A stretch of 32,000 nt of DNA from Pseudomonas aeruginosa (lineage in GTDB: Bacteria; Pseudomonadota; Gammaproteobacteria; Pseudomonadales; Pseudomonadaceae). The notes beneath the pieces were generated by a model that worked only from the letters and a program-made list of their open reading frames with translations, ran no database searches and was not told where the DNA came from. Location of the stretch: the NCBI RefSeq assembly GCF_001457615.1, contig NZ_LN831024.1, forward strand, positions 120,001-152,000, in the 5' to 3' direction. Positions within the stretch are counted from its first letter, which is position 1; the number at the start of each line of letters is the position of its first letter. Position numbers and translations under genes: made by a program. This document shows, one piece after another, positions 10,572 to 18,724 of the stretch.

Positions 10572-11459
10572 ATGGCAAGCCACGAACACTATTACGTCCC
10601 CGCCCAGAGCAAGTGGCCGATCATCGCCAGCATCGGCCTGCTGGTGACGGTGTTCGGCCTGGGTACCTGGTTCAACGACCTCACCGCCGGCCACAAGGAG
10701 TCCCATGGCCCGTGGATCTTCTTCGTCGGCGGGCTGATCATCGCCTACATGCTGTTCGGCTGGTTCGGCAACGTCATCCGCGAGAGCCGCGCCGGACTCT
10801 ACAGCGCGCAGATGGACCGCTCGTTCCGCTGGGGCATGAGCTGGTTCATCTTCTCCGAGGTGATGTTCTTCGCCGCCTTCTTCGGCGCGCTGTTCTACGT
10901 CCGCCACTTCGCCGGTCCCTGGCTCGGCGGCGAGGGTGCCAAGGGCGTGGCGCACATGCTCTGGCCGAACTTCCAGTACAGCTGGCCGCTGCTGCAGACC
11001 CCGGACCCGAAGCTGTTCCCGCCGCCGAGCGCGGTGATCGAGCCGTGGAAGCTGCCGCTGATCAACACCATCCTGCTGGTCACCTCCAGCTTCACCGTGA
11101 CCTTCGCCCACCACGCCCTGAAGAAGAACAAGCGCGGCCCGCTCAAGGCCTGGCTGGCGCTGACCGTGCTGCTGGGGATCGCCTTCCTGATCCTGCAGGC
11201 CGAGGAGTACGTGCACGCCTACAACGAGCTGGGCCTGACCCTCGGCGCCGGCATCTACGGCTCGACCTTCTTCATGCTCACCGGCTTCCATGGCGCCCAC
11301 GTGACCCTCGGCGCGCTGATCCTCGGCATCATGCTGATCCGCATCCTGCGCGGTCACTTCGATGCCGAGCACCACTTCGGCTTCGAGGCCGCCAGTTGGT
11401 ACTGGCACTTCGTCGACGTGGTCTGGATCGGCCTGTTCATCTTCGTCTACGTGATCTGA
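10572..11459 (+). CDS. coxC: Cytochrome c oxidase subunit III
   Basis: ORF 10548..11459 with likely start MASHEHYYVPAQSKWP at 10572; GFHGAHVTLGALILGIMLIRILRGHFDAEHHFGFEAASWYWHFVDVVWIGLF. Confidence 0.95.
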   Translation: MASHEHYYVPAQSKWPIIASIGLLVTVFGLGTWFNDLTAGHKESHGPWIFFVGGLIIAYMLFGWFGNVIRESRAGLYSAQMDRSFRWGMSWFIFSEVMFFAAFFGALFYVRHFAGPWLGGEGAKGVAHMLWPNFQYSWPLLQTPDPKLFPPPSAVIEPWKLPLINTILLVTSSFTVTFAHHALKKNKRGPLKAWLALTVLLGIAFLILQAEEYVHAYNELGLTLGAGIYGSTFFMLTGFHGAHVTLGALILGIMLIRILRGHFDAEHHFGFEAASWYWHFVDVVWIGLFIFVYVI

Positions 11460-11474
11460 CCGCCACCGGGGGAA

Positions 11475-11684
11475 TCAGAAATGCCAGGGCGCGTGGCTGT
11501 TCAGCTCGCCGCTGTAGAAGCCCCAGGCGACCAGCACCAGGGTCGCCGCGGCGAGCACCACGCGGACGGTCAGCGAATTGACCACGCGGGAACCATGGCC
11601 CTGGTCCTTGACCAGGAAGAACAGGCCGCTGAACAGGCTCACCAGGGTAGCCAGCAGTAGCAGGACGATCGCCACTTTCAACAT
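11475..11684 (-). CDS. Small twin-transmembrane protein (DUF2909-like)
   Basis: 69 aa MLKVAIVLLLLATLVSLFSGLFFLVKDQGHGSRVVNSLTVRVVLAAATLVLVAWGFYSGEL. Two TM helices, lying antisense between coxC and SURF1. Confidence 0.75.
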   Translation of the reverse strand: MLKVAIVLLLLATLVSLFSGLFFLVKDQGHGSRVVNSLTVRVVLAAATLVLVAWGFYSGELNSHAPWHF

Positions 11685-11699
11685 GGTGGGACTCCGGCG

Positions 11700-12494
11700 A
11701 TGGGGGGATTCATGCAGTATAGCCAGCGCCTCGGGGAGGCCGGACGCAATGACAGACGCAGCATGCGTGGCGCGTTCCGCCCCGGCCTGCTGCCGACCCT
11801 GGTGGTCCTCGGCCTGCTGCCGTTGCTGCTCTGGCTGGGCACCTGGCAGTTGCAGCGGGCCGACGAGAAGCGCGCCCTGCTGGCCAGCTACGAGGCCCGG
11901 CGCGGCGCCGAGCCGGTGTCGCCCGGGCAGCTAGAGGGACTGCGCGACCCGGCGTACGTCCGCGTGCGCCTGCACGGCCGCTTCGACGAGCGGCATACGC
12001 TGCTGCTGGATAACCGGCTGCGCAACGGACAGGCCGGGGTCGAGGTGCTGCAACCCTTCTACGATCAGGCCAGCGGCCTTTGGCTGCTGGTCAACCGCGG
12101 CTGGGTCGCATGGACTGACCGACGCTCGCCGCCGACGCTGGAAACCCCCGACCGCGTCCTCCTGCTCGACGCCTGGACCTACCTGCCGCCACCCGGCGGC
12201 CTGCACCTGGCCGACGCGCCGGCCGGCGGCTGGCCGCGCCTGGTGACCCAGCTCGACATCCCGGCGCTGTGGCAGGCCTTCGGTCGCGCCGGGCTGCCCT
12301 GGGAAATCCGCCTGGAAGCGGGCGACGCCAGCTTCGACACCGATTGGCCCCTGGTCTCGATGCCGCCGGAGCGGCACACCGGCTACGCCGTGCAGTGGTT
12401 CGCCTTGGCGACGGCCCTGCTCGCCCTCTACCTCTACCTCGGTGTGCGCCGCGCACGGGAGAAAAACCATGAGTCTCGCGATTCCGATGCCTGA
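11700..12494 (+). CDS. SURF1-family cytochrome oxidase biogenesis protein
   Basis: RPGLLPTLVVLGLLPLLLWLGTWQLQRADEKRALL...LLLDNRLRNGQAGVEVLQPF...VNRGWV...GYAVQWFALATALLALYLYLGVRR. Alternative start near 11712 (MQYSQRLGEAG). Confidence 0.9.
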   Translation: MGGFMQYSQRLGEAGRNDRRSMRGAFRPGLLPTLVVLGLLPLLLWLGTWQLQRADEKRALLASYEARRGAEPVSPGQLEGLRDPAYVRVRLHGRFDERHTLLLDNRLRNGQAGVEVLQPFYDQASGLWLLVNRGWVAWTDRRSPPTLETPDRVLLLDAWTYLPPPGGLHLADAPAGGWPRLVTQLDIPALWQAFGRAGLPWEIRLEAGDASFDTDWPLVSMPPERHTGYAVQWFALATALLALYLYLGVRRAREKNHESRDSDA

Positions 12495-13047
12495 ACGTCC
12501 GCGCCGCGCCCGTGGCCGCCTGCAACTGCTGGCGATCATCGGCCTGGTGGTGGGGCCGATGCTGCTCGCCAGCGCCATGTACAAATGGAATTTCTGGGTT
12601 CCGCAGGGGCGCAGCTACAGCGGCGCGCTGATCGGCAACGGCCAGACCCCCGCCGACCTCGGCGTGCAGGGACGCAGCCAGGGCGAGCAGTGGCAACTGC
12701 TGGTGACCGCGCCGGGTACTTGCGGCGAGGACTGCCAGCAACTGGTCTACCTGGCCCGCCAGGTCAACATCGCCCTCGGCCGCGAAGCCTCGCGCGCCGG
12801 CCACGCCCTGGCCGCCAGTGGCGAGCTGCCGGCGGACTTCGCCAACCTGGTGAGGCAGGACTACCCGCGCCTGCAGCGCTACGGCCTGGACCCGGCCCTG
12901 TACGACAAGGCCGGCGGCGGCGAGCGGCCGCTGCTGTGGGTGGTCGACCCGCACGGCAACCTGGTGCTGCGCTACGACGCCAAGGCCAACGGCAAGAAGC
13001 TGCTGAAGGACGTGCAACTGCTGCTCAAGCTCTCGCATATCGGTTGA
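12469..13047 (+). CDS. Conserved single-TM protein of the cox assembly cluster (thioredoxin/SCO-fold-like, hypothetical)
   Basis: ORF 12442..13047, likely start MSLAIPMPERPRRARGRLQLLAIIGLVVGPMLLASAMYKWNFWVP; WQLLVTAPGTCGEDCQQLVYLARQ. Overlaps the SURF1 stop. Confidence 0.75.
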   Translation: MSLAIPMPERPRRARGRLQLLAIIGLVVGPMLLASAMYKWNFWVPQGRSYSGALIGNGQTPADLGVQGRSQGEQWQLLVTAPGTCGEDCQQLVYLARQVNIALGREASRAGHALAASGELPADFANLVRQDYPRLQRYGLDPALYDKAGGGERPLLWVVDPHGNLVLRYDAKANGKKLLKDVQLLLKLSHIG

Positions 13048-13111
13048 TCGGCGTGGCCGGCGCGGTTCCCGGCCCGATGAGGACAGAACGACAAGAAAAA
13101 GGGGCCCGCGA

Positions 13112-14185
13112 ATGACAGGCGCAACCCGCAAACCCGGTTTCACCGTCGCCGTGCTGGCGACCCTGCTGGCCGCCGTGGTGGTCCTGCTCGGCGCCTATAC
13201 CCGGCTGACCCACGCCGGCCTCGGCTGTCCGGACTGGCCAGGCTGCTACGGCTTCGTCCACGTGCCGCTGAGCGAGGCGCAACTGGCCCACGCCGAACTG
13301 CACTTCCCCGACGCCCCGGTGGAGGCACAGAAGGGCTGGAACGAGATGATCCACCGCTATTTCGCCGGCGCCCTCGGCCTGCTCATCCTTGGCCTGGCGT
13401 TGCATGCGCTGGTCCGCCGCGGGCGCGACGGCCAACCGCTGAAGCTGCCGCTGCTGCTGCTCGCGGTGGTGATCGCGCAGGCCGCCTTCGGCATGTGGAC
13501 GGTGACCCTCAAGCTCTGGCCGCAGGTGGTCACCGCCCATCTGCTCGGCGGCTTCACCACCCTGGCGCTGCTCTTTCTCCTCGCCCTGCGCCTCTCCGGA
13601 CGCTTCGCGGCGCGGCGCTACCCGGCGGCGACCCGCGGCCTGGCGGGGCTGGCCCTGCTCCTGGTGATCGGCCAGATCGCCCTCGGCGGCTGGGTCAGCA
13701 GCAACTATGCGGCGGTGGCCTGCATCGACCTGCCCACCTGCCATGGCGAGTGGTGGCCGCGGATGGACTTCGCCAACGGCTTCCACCTGACCCAGCACAT
13801 CGGCCCCAACTACCTCGGCGGCCAGCTCGACAGCGACGCGCGCACGGCGATCCACATGACCCACCGGATCGGCGCGCTGTGCGTGACCCTGGTCCTCCTG
13901 CTGCTCGCCTGGCGCCTGCAGCGCAGCGGCCTGGTCTGGCCGACCGCGCTGATGCTGCTCGGCCTGTCGCTGCAGATCGGCCTGGGCATCAGCAACGTGC
14001 TGCTGCACCTGCCGCTGCCGGTGGCGGTGGCGCACAACGGCGGTGGCGCCCTGCTGCTGCTCAGCCTGGTGTTGGTCAACTATCGCCTGCGCGCGCCGGC
14101 CAGCGTCCGCGCGCCGGCACCGTCGCCGCAGCGCGTGCGCCGCACGCTGCCGCCGGCGCAAGGTTCTCGGCTGAAGGCCGCCTGA
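13112..14185 (+). CDS. ctaA: Heme A synthase, COX15/CtaA family
   Basis: 357 aa; GAYTRLTHAGLGCPDWPGCYGF, EMIHRYFAGALGL, HMTHRIGALCVTLVLL. Confidence 0.93.
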   Translation: MTGATRKPGFTVAVLATLLAAVVVLLGAYTRLTHAGLGCPDWPGCYGFVHVPLSEAQLAHAELHFPDAPVEAQKGWNEMIHRYFAGALGLLILGLALHALVRRGRDGQPLKLPLLLLAVVIAQAAFGMWTVTLKLWPQVVTAHLLGGFTTLALLFLLALRLSGRFAARRYPAATRGLAGLALLLVIGQIALGGWVSSNYAAVACIDLPTCHGEWWPRMDFANGFHLTQHIGPNYLGGQLDSDARTAIHMTHRIGALCVTLVLLLLAWRLQRSGLVWPTALMLLGLSLQIGLGISNVLLHLPLPVAVAHNGGGALLLLSLVLVNYRLRAPASVRAPAPSPQRVRRTLPPAQGSRLKAA

Positions 14186-14210
14186 CAGACAGAAGGATGG
14201 AGGTAAGGAT

Positions 14211-15125
14211 ATGGCCACCGTCATCGATCGCCACAGCCAGCCGACCTGGCGCGACTTCCTCGAACTGACCAAGCCCAAGGTCGTGGTGCTGATGCTGATC
14301 ACCTCGCTGATCGGCATGCTGCTCGCCACCAAGGCGCCGCTGGATGGCTTCGTGCCCTGGCAGGTGCTGATCTTCGGCAACCTCGGCATCGGCCTTTGTG
14401 CCGGCGCGGCGGCGGCGGTCAACCATGTGGTGGACCGGCGCATCGACTCGATCATGGCGCGGACCCACAAGCGGCCGCTGGCCGAGGGCCGGGTGTCGCC
14501 GAGCATGGCGCTGGGCTTCGCGCTGCTCCTGGCGCTGGCCGGGATGGCCGTGCTGCTGGCCTTCACCAACCCGCTGACGGCCTGGCTGACCCTCGCCTCG
14601 CTGCTCGGCTACGCGGCGCTCTACACCGGCTTCCTGAAGCGCGCCACGCCGCAGAACATCGTCATCGGCGGGCTCGCCGGGGCGGCGCCGCCGCTGCTCG
14701 GCTGGGTCGCCATCACCGGCCACCTGAGCGCCGAGCCGCTGTTGCTGGTATTGATCATCTTCGCCTGGACCCCACCGCACTTCTGGGCGCTATGCATCCA
14801 CCGCAAGGACGAATACGCCAAGGCCGATATCCCGATGCTGCCGGTGACCCACGGCGAGCGCTACACCAAGCTGCACATCCTGCTCTATACCCTGGTGCTG
14901 TTCGCGGTGAGCCTGATGCCGTTCGTCATCCACATGAGCGGGCTGGTCTACCTGCTCTGCGCCCTGGCCCTGGGCGCGCGCTTCCTCGACTGGGCCTGGG
15001 CGCTCTACTGTGACAGCCGGCCACATGCGGCGATAAAGACCTTCAAGTACTCTATCGTCTACCTGTTCCTGCTGTTCATGGCGCTGCTGGTGGACCACTA
15101 TCTGCCGCTGAAGCTGCTTCTCTGA
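14211..15125 (+). CDS. ctaB: Protoheme IX farnesyltransferase (heme O synthase)
   Basis: 304 aa; LTKPKVVVLMLITSLIGMLLA...AAAAVNHVVDRRIDSIMARTHKRPLAEG...FAWTPPHFWALCIHRKDEYAKADIPMLPV. Also called cyoE. Confidence 0.95.
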   Translation: MATVIDRHSQPTWRDFLELTKPKVVVLMLITSLIGMLLATKAPLDGFVPWQVLIFGNLGIGLCAGAAAAVNHVVDRRIDSIMARTHKRPLAEGRVSPSMALGFALLLALAGMAVLLAFTNPLTAWLTLASLLGYAALYTGFLKRATPQNIVIGGLAGAAPPLLGWVAITGHLSAEPLLLVLIIFAWTPPHFWALCIHRKDEYAKADIPMLPVTHGERYTKLHILLYTLVLFAVSLMPFVIHMSGLVYLLCALALGARFLDWAWALYCDSRPHAAIKTFKYSIVYLFLLFMALLVDHYLPLKLLL

Positions 15126-15150
15126 TCCCACTCTAGAGCCTTGCCCACCC

Positions 15151-15786
15151 ATGACTCGAGTCAACAAGACCGTCCTCGTCCTCGTCGCCCTGGTCGCCCT
15201 GGTCCTCGGCCTCACCGTGCACAAGGTGCTCACCGCCCAGCGCCAGGCCGATCCCACCGTGCTGCTCGACGCCGGCATCGTGATCCTGCCGCAGACGCGC
15301 AAGGTGCCGGCGCTGGAGTTCACCAACCAGGACGGCCAGGCGGTCAGCACTGCCAGTCTCAAGGGTCGCTGGCACCTGCTGTTCTTCGGCTACACCTTCT
15401 GCCCCGATGTCTGCCCGACCACCCTCGCCCAGCTCCGCGAATTGCAGGGCAAGCTGCCGCAGGAGGTGCGCGACGACCTGCAGGTGGTATTCGTCAGCGT
15501 CGATCCGAACCGCGACACGCCGCAGCAGATCAAGCAATACCTGGGCTACTTCAACGCCGGCTTCCAGGGGCTCACCGGCACTCCGGAGAACATCCAGAAG
15601 CTGGCCAACGCCATGAGCATCCCCTACATCCCCGCCGACACCAGCAAGCCCAACTACACCGTCGACCACAGCGGCAACCTGGTGATCATCGGCCCGGACG
15701 GCGAGCAGCACGGCTTCATCCGCGCGCCGCTGAACAACGCCAAGCTGGAAGCCCAACTGCCCGGCGTGCTCAAGCCGCAGGCCTGA
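15151..15786 (+). CDS. senC: SCO1/SenC-family copper chaperone
   Basis: 211 aa; LKGRWHLLFFGYTFCPDVCPTTLAQL...VVFVSVDPNRDTPQQIKQYL...YTVDHSGNLVIIGPDG. Confidence 0.93.
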   Translation: MTRVNKTVLVLVALVALVLGLTVHKVLTAQRQADPTVLLDAGIVILPQTRKVPALEFTNQDGQAVSTASLKGRWHLLFFGYTFCPDVCPTTLAQLRELQGKLPQEVRDDLQVVFVSVDPNRDTPQQIKQYLGYFNAGFQGLTGTPENIQKLANAMSIPYIPADTSKPNYTVDHSGNLVIIGPDGEQHGFIRAPLNNAKLEAQLPGVLKPQA

Positions 15787-15825
15787 TTCCCTTCCCTCCC
15801 CCCACCGTCCGCGGCGCTCCGGGCC

Positions 15826-16278
15826 TCAGGCCCGGCGCATGCCGATGTGCGGGATGTCGTCTTCCAGGTAGACCTCGGTGACCGCGACGAAGCCATAGCG
15901 GCCGTAGTAGGCCTGCAGGTGGGCCTGGGCCGAGAGGTACACCGGGGTATCCAGCCAGAGGCGCTCCGCCGCCTGCAGCGCGCGTTCCATCAACTGGTGA
16001 CCGAGCCCCTGGCCGCGCGCGGCCGAGGAACTGACCACCCGGCCGATCACCACCTGGCCCTCGTGGCGAACCGGGTCCAGCAGGCGCAGGTAGGCGAGCA
16101 ACTGGCCGTCGCGCCAGGCCATCAGGTGATGGGTATCGCCGACCAGGTCGAGGCCGTCGACTTCCTGGTAGGGGCATTTCTGTTCCACCACGAAGACCTC
16201 GGTGCGCAATTGCAGCAGCGCGTAGAGTTCCTTCAGGGTGAGGTCGGCGTGGTGCTTGCAGGTCCAGTCGAGCGACAT
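15826..16278 (-). CDS. GNAT acetyltransferase, ElaA family
   Basis: 150 aa from start MSLDWTCKHHADLTLKELYALLQLRTEVFVVEQKCPYQEVDGLDLVGDTHHL; YYGRYGFVAVTEVYLEDDIPHIGM. Confidence 0.88.
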   Translation of the reverse strand: MSLDWTCKHHADLTLKELYALLQLRTEVFVVEQKCPYQEVDGLDLVGDTHHLMAWRDGQLLAYLRLLDPVRHEGQVVIGRVVSSSAARGQGLGHQLMERALQAAERLWLDTPVYLSAQAHLQAYYGRYGFVAVTEVYLEDDIPHIGMRRA

Positions 16279-16409
16279 GGTCGGGATTCCGGGACAGGAG
16301 ACAGGAACGCGGTTATGCCATGGGCGGCGGGCCGCTGGAAAGGCGTGGCCGGTCGGTTTCGTTTCAGAACCCACGCGGCTATCCTTTGCCGAACGGCTGG
16401 AGGTGTCTC

Positions 16410-16883
16410 ATGCGTTGGGAAGAACTGAGTGAACAACCCTGTTCGCTGGCGCGGGTGCTGGCGATCCTCGGCGATCGCTGGACCCTGCTGGTATTGCGCG
16501 ACTGCTTTCTCGGCGTGCGCCGTTTCGACGACTTCGAGCGCAGCCTCGGCGTGACCCGCCACGTCCTCGCCGACCGCCTCAAGCGCCTTGTCGAAGCGGA
16601 GATACTGGCCAAGGTGCCCTACCAGGAAAGGCCGCTGCGCGAGGAATACCGGCTTACCGAGAAAGGGATGGAACTGTACCCGGCCATCCTTTCCCTGGTG
16701 AACTGGGGCGACCGCCACCTCGCCGGCGTCGAGGGGCCGCCACTCGAGCATGTGCACAAGCATTGCGGCCAGCACATGCATGGCGTGCTGGTCTGTTCCG
16801 AATGCGGTGAGCCGCTGCACGCGCGGGACGTGACGGTACGCGAGGGGCTGTTCTGGAAGGGGCGCCTGCTGCGGCGCGGCTGA
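16410..16883 (+). CDS. HxlR-type winged-helix transcriptional regulator with C-terminal CxxC motif
   Basis: From MRWEELSEQPCSLARVLAILGDRWTLLVLRDCFLGVRRFDDFERSLGVTRHVLADRLKRLVEAEIL...YRLTEKG; C-terminal LVCSECGEPL. Confidence 0.85.
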   Translation: MRWEELSEQPCSLARVLAILGDRWTLLVLRDCFLGVRRFDDFERSLGVTRHVLADRLKRLVEAEILAKVPYQERPLREEYRLTEKGMELYPAILSLVNWGDRHLAGVEGPPLEHVHKHCGQHMHGVLVCSECGEPLHARDVTVREGLFWKGRLLRRG

Positions 16884-17063
16884 GCGTTCCAGGCCTGGCC
16901 GCCGACGCGAATCGGCGGATAAACGCCGATGGCGTTACGGCAGGAAGGACGCTGTCGTACCAGGCTCCGCCGACCGGTCCCCTCTCTTCAGGGAGAGGAC
17001 GTGCCGGGCAGGCCGGGACAGGCAGAGTAATTGGTGCGCGGATATCACTCGAGCCCTTGCCAG

Positions 17064-17123
17064 TTGACAAGTTCCTTTTAAGAACTAACTATCGTCTCTA
17101 TTGGGTTCTAAAAAAGAACTAAC
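17064..17123 (+). promoter_or_regulatory. Candidate promoter/operator: consensus -35 TTGACA followed by two copies of GTTC-N7-GAACTAAC
   Basis: TTGACA at about 17064-17069; GTTCcttttaaGAACTAAC at about 17071-17089; GTTCtaaaaaaGAACTAAC at about 17105-17123 (34 bp period). Positions hand-counted. Confidence 0.6.
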
Positions 17124-17139
17124 AAGAGAGGCCTCTGCA

Positions 17140-17868
17140 ATGACCCAGCGCAAAGCGGTTCTGGTAATGGGCGCCGGCGACGCCACCGGTGGCGCCATCG
17201 CCCGGCGGTTCGCCCGCGAGGGCTACGTGGCGTGCGTCGCCCGGCGCAACGCGGAGAAGCTGGAGCCGCTGGTGCAGGCCATCCGCGACCAAGGCGGCGA
17301 GGCTCTGGCCTGCGGCTGCGACGCACGCCAGGAGCAGCAGGTGATCGACCTCTTCGCCCGCATCGAGGGTGAGGTCGGTGCGCTGGAGGCGGTGATCTTC
17401 AACGTCGGCGCCAACGTCTGGTTCCCGATCACCGAAACCACCGAACGGGTCTATCGCAAGGTCTGGGAGATGGCCGCCTTCGGCGGCTTCCTCACCGGCC
17501 GCGAGGCGGCGCGGGTGATGCTGCCGCGGCAGCGCGGAACGATCATCTTCACTGGCGCCACCGCCTCGTTGCGCGGCCGCGCGCATTTCGCCGCGTTCTC
17601 CGGCGCCAAGTTCGCCCTGCGTGCCCTGGCCCAGAGCATGGCGCGCGAGCTGGGGCCGAAGGGCATCCACGTCGCCCACCCGATCATCGACGGCGCCATC
17701 GACACCGACTTCATCCGCGAAACCCTGCCCGAGCTGTACAAGCGCAAGGAGCAGGACGGCATCCTCGATCCCGAGCACATCGCCGAGACCTACTGGCAGA
17801 TCCACTGCCAGCCGCGCGACTGCTGGGTGCACGAACTGGACCTGCGCCCCTGGATGGAAACCTTCTGA
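17140..17868 (+). CDS. Short-chain dehydrogenase/reductase
   Basis: Likely start MTQRKAVLVMGAGDATGGAIARRFAREGYVACVARR (17140). Non-canonical Rossmann motif GAGDATG. GTIIFTGATASLRGRAHFAAFSGAKFALRALAQS. Confidence 0.88.
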   Translation: MTQRKAVLVMGAGDATGGAIARRFAREGYVACVARRNAEKLEPLVQAIRDQGGEALACGCDARQEQQVIDLFARIEGEVGALEAVIFNVGANVWFPITETTERVYRKVWEMAAFGGFLTGREAARVMLPRQRGTIIFTGATASLRGRAHFAAFSGAKFALRALAQSMARELGPKGIHVAHPIIDGAIDTDFIRETLPELYKRKEQDGILDPEHIAETYWQIHCQPRDCWVHELDLRPWMETF

Positions 17869-17892
17869 TCCCCGCCACGGAAAGAGCCACGC

Positions 17893-18480
17893 ATGAGCAA
17901 GCAAATCGAGTTCTTCTTCGACTTCGGCAGTCCCACCACCTACCTCGCCTGGACCCAACTGCCGCGCATCGCCGCCGCCCATGGCGCGAGCATCGCCTGG
18001 CGGCCGATGCTGCTGGGCGGCGTGTTCAAGGCCACCGGCAACCATTCGCCGATCGAGGTGCCGGCCAAGGGGCGCTACACCCTCCACGACCTGGCGCGCT
18101 ATGCGAAACGCTACGGCGTGCCGCTGGCCTTCAACCCGGCCTTCCCGATCAACACCCTGACGCTGATGCGCGGCGCCCAGGGCTATCTCGGCGGCGAAGG
18201 GTTCCAGCCCTACCTGAAAGCGGTGTTCGAAGCGTTGTGGGTACGACAGCAGAACCTCGGCAAGCCCGAGGTGGTCGCCCAGGTGCTGGCGGAGGCTGGG
18301 TTCGATCCGGATGAGTTCCTCCGCCTGGTTGGCGACGAGCAGGTCAAGGAGGGGCTCAAGGCGACCACCGAAGAGGCGGTGCGGCGCGGCGTCTTCGGCG
18401 CGCCCAGCTTCTTCGTCGGCGACCAGTTGTTCTTCGGCCAGGATCGCCTCGATTTCGTCGCCGAGGCCCTCGCCGGCTGA
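17893..18480 (+). CDS. 2-hydroxychromene-2-carboxylate isomerase/DsbA-like GST-kappa family protein
   Basis: 195 aa; QIEFFFDFGSPTTYLAWTQLPRIAAAHGASIAWRPMLLGGVFKATGNHSP...GVFGAPSFFVGDQLFFGQDRLDFV. Confidence 0.9.
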   Translation: MSKQIEFFFDFGSPTTYLAWTQLPRIAAAHGASIAWRPMLLGGVFKATGNHSPIEVPAKGRYTLHDLARYAKRYGVPLAFNPAFPINTLTLMRGAQGYLGGEGFQPYLKAVFEALWVRQQNLGKPEVVAQVLAEAGFDPDEFLRLVGDEQVKEGLKATTEEAVRRGVFGAPSFFVGDQLFFGQDRLDFVAEALAG

Positions 18481-18724
18481 CCTCCCCTTCCCCGCGGCGA
18501 GCCGCTCTGGCCCGCCGCCTTGCGCCATCCGAGCGCCCTCCTCCCGGCTGCGGCCCGCGCGTGCCGTGGTTCCTGGCCATTCGTCGCGCCCGCCGATAGC
18601 GGCTTGTCAGGCTGACTTCTTTGCGTATAGGCTGAACTGGTCAGACCGGTAATACCACAATAAAAATGCGTTCATCGCCCGCCTCCGCGAGGCCCGATGG
18701 AAGCGCCGAATGGAGACTCCTGCG

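Noticed and set aside
13025-14569. 514-aa minus-strand ORF over ctaA/ctaB
   Set aside because: Antisense high-GC artefact with Gln/His/Arg-rich composition; the plus-strand genes are recognisable.
15819-15835. CCGGGCCT-C-AGGCCCGG inverted repeat between senC and the GNAT gene
   Set aside because: Loop too small as written and no T-tract; overlaps the GNAT stop. Possibly a weak bidirectional terminator but not supportable alone.
17119-18528. 469-aa minus-strand ORF over SDR/isomerase genes
   Set aside because: Shadow ORF; the plus strand encodes two coherent protein families.
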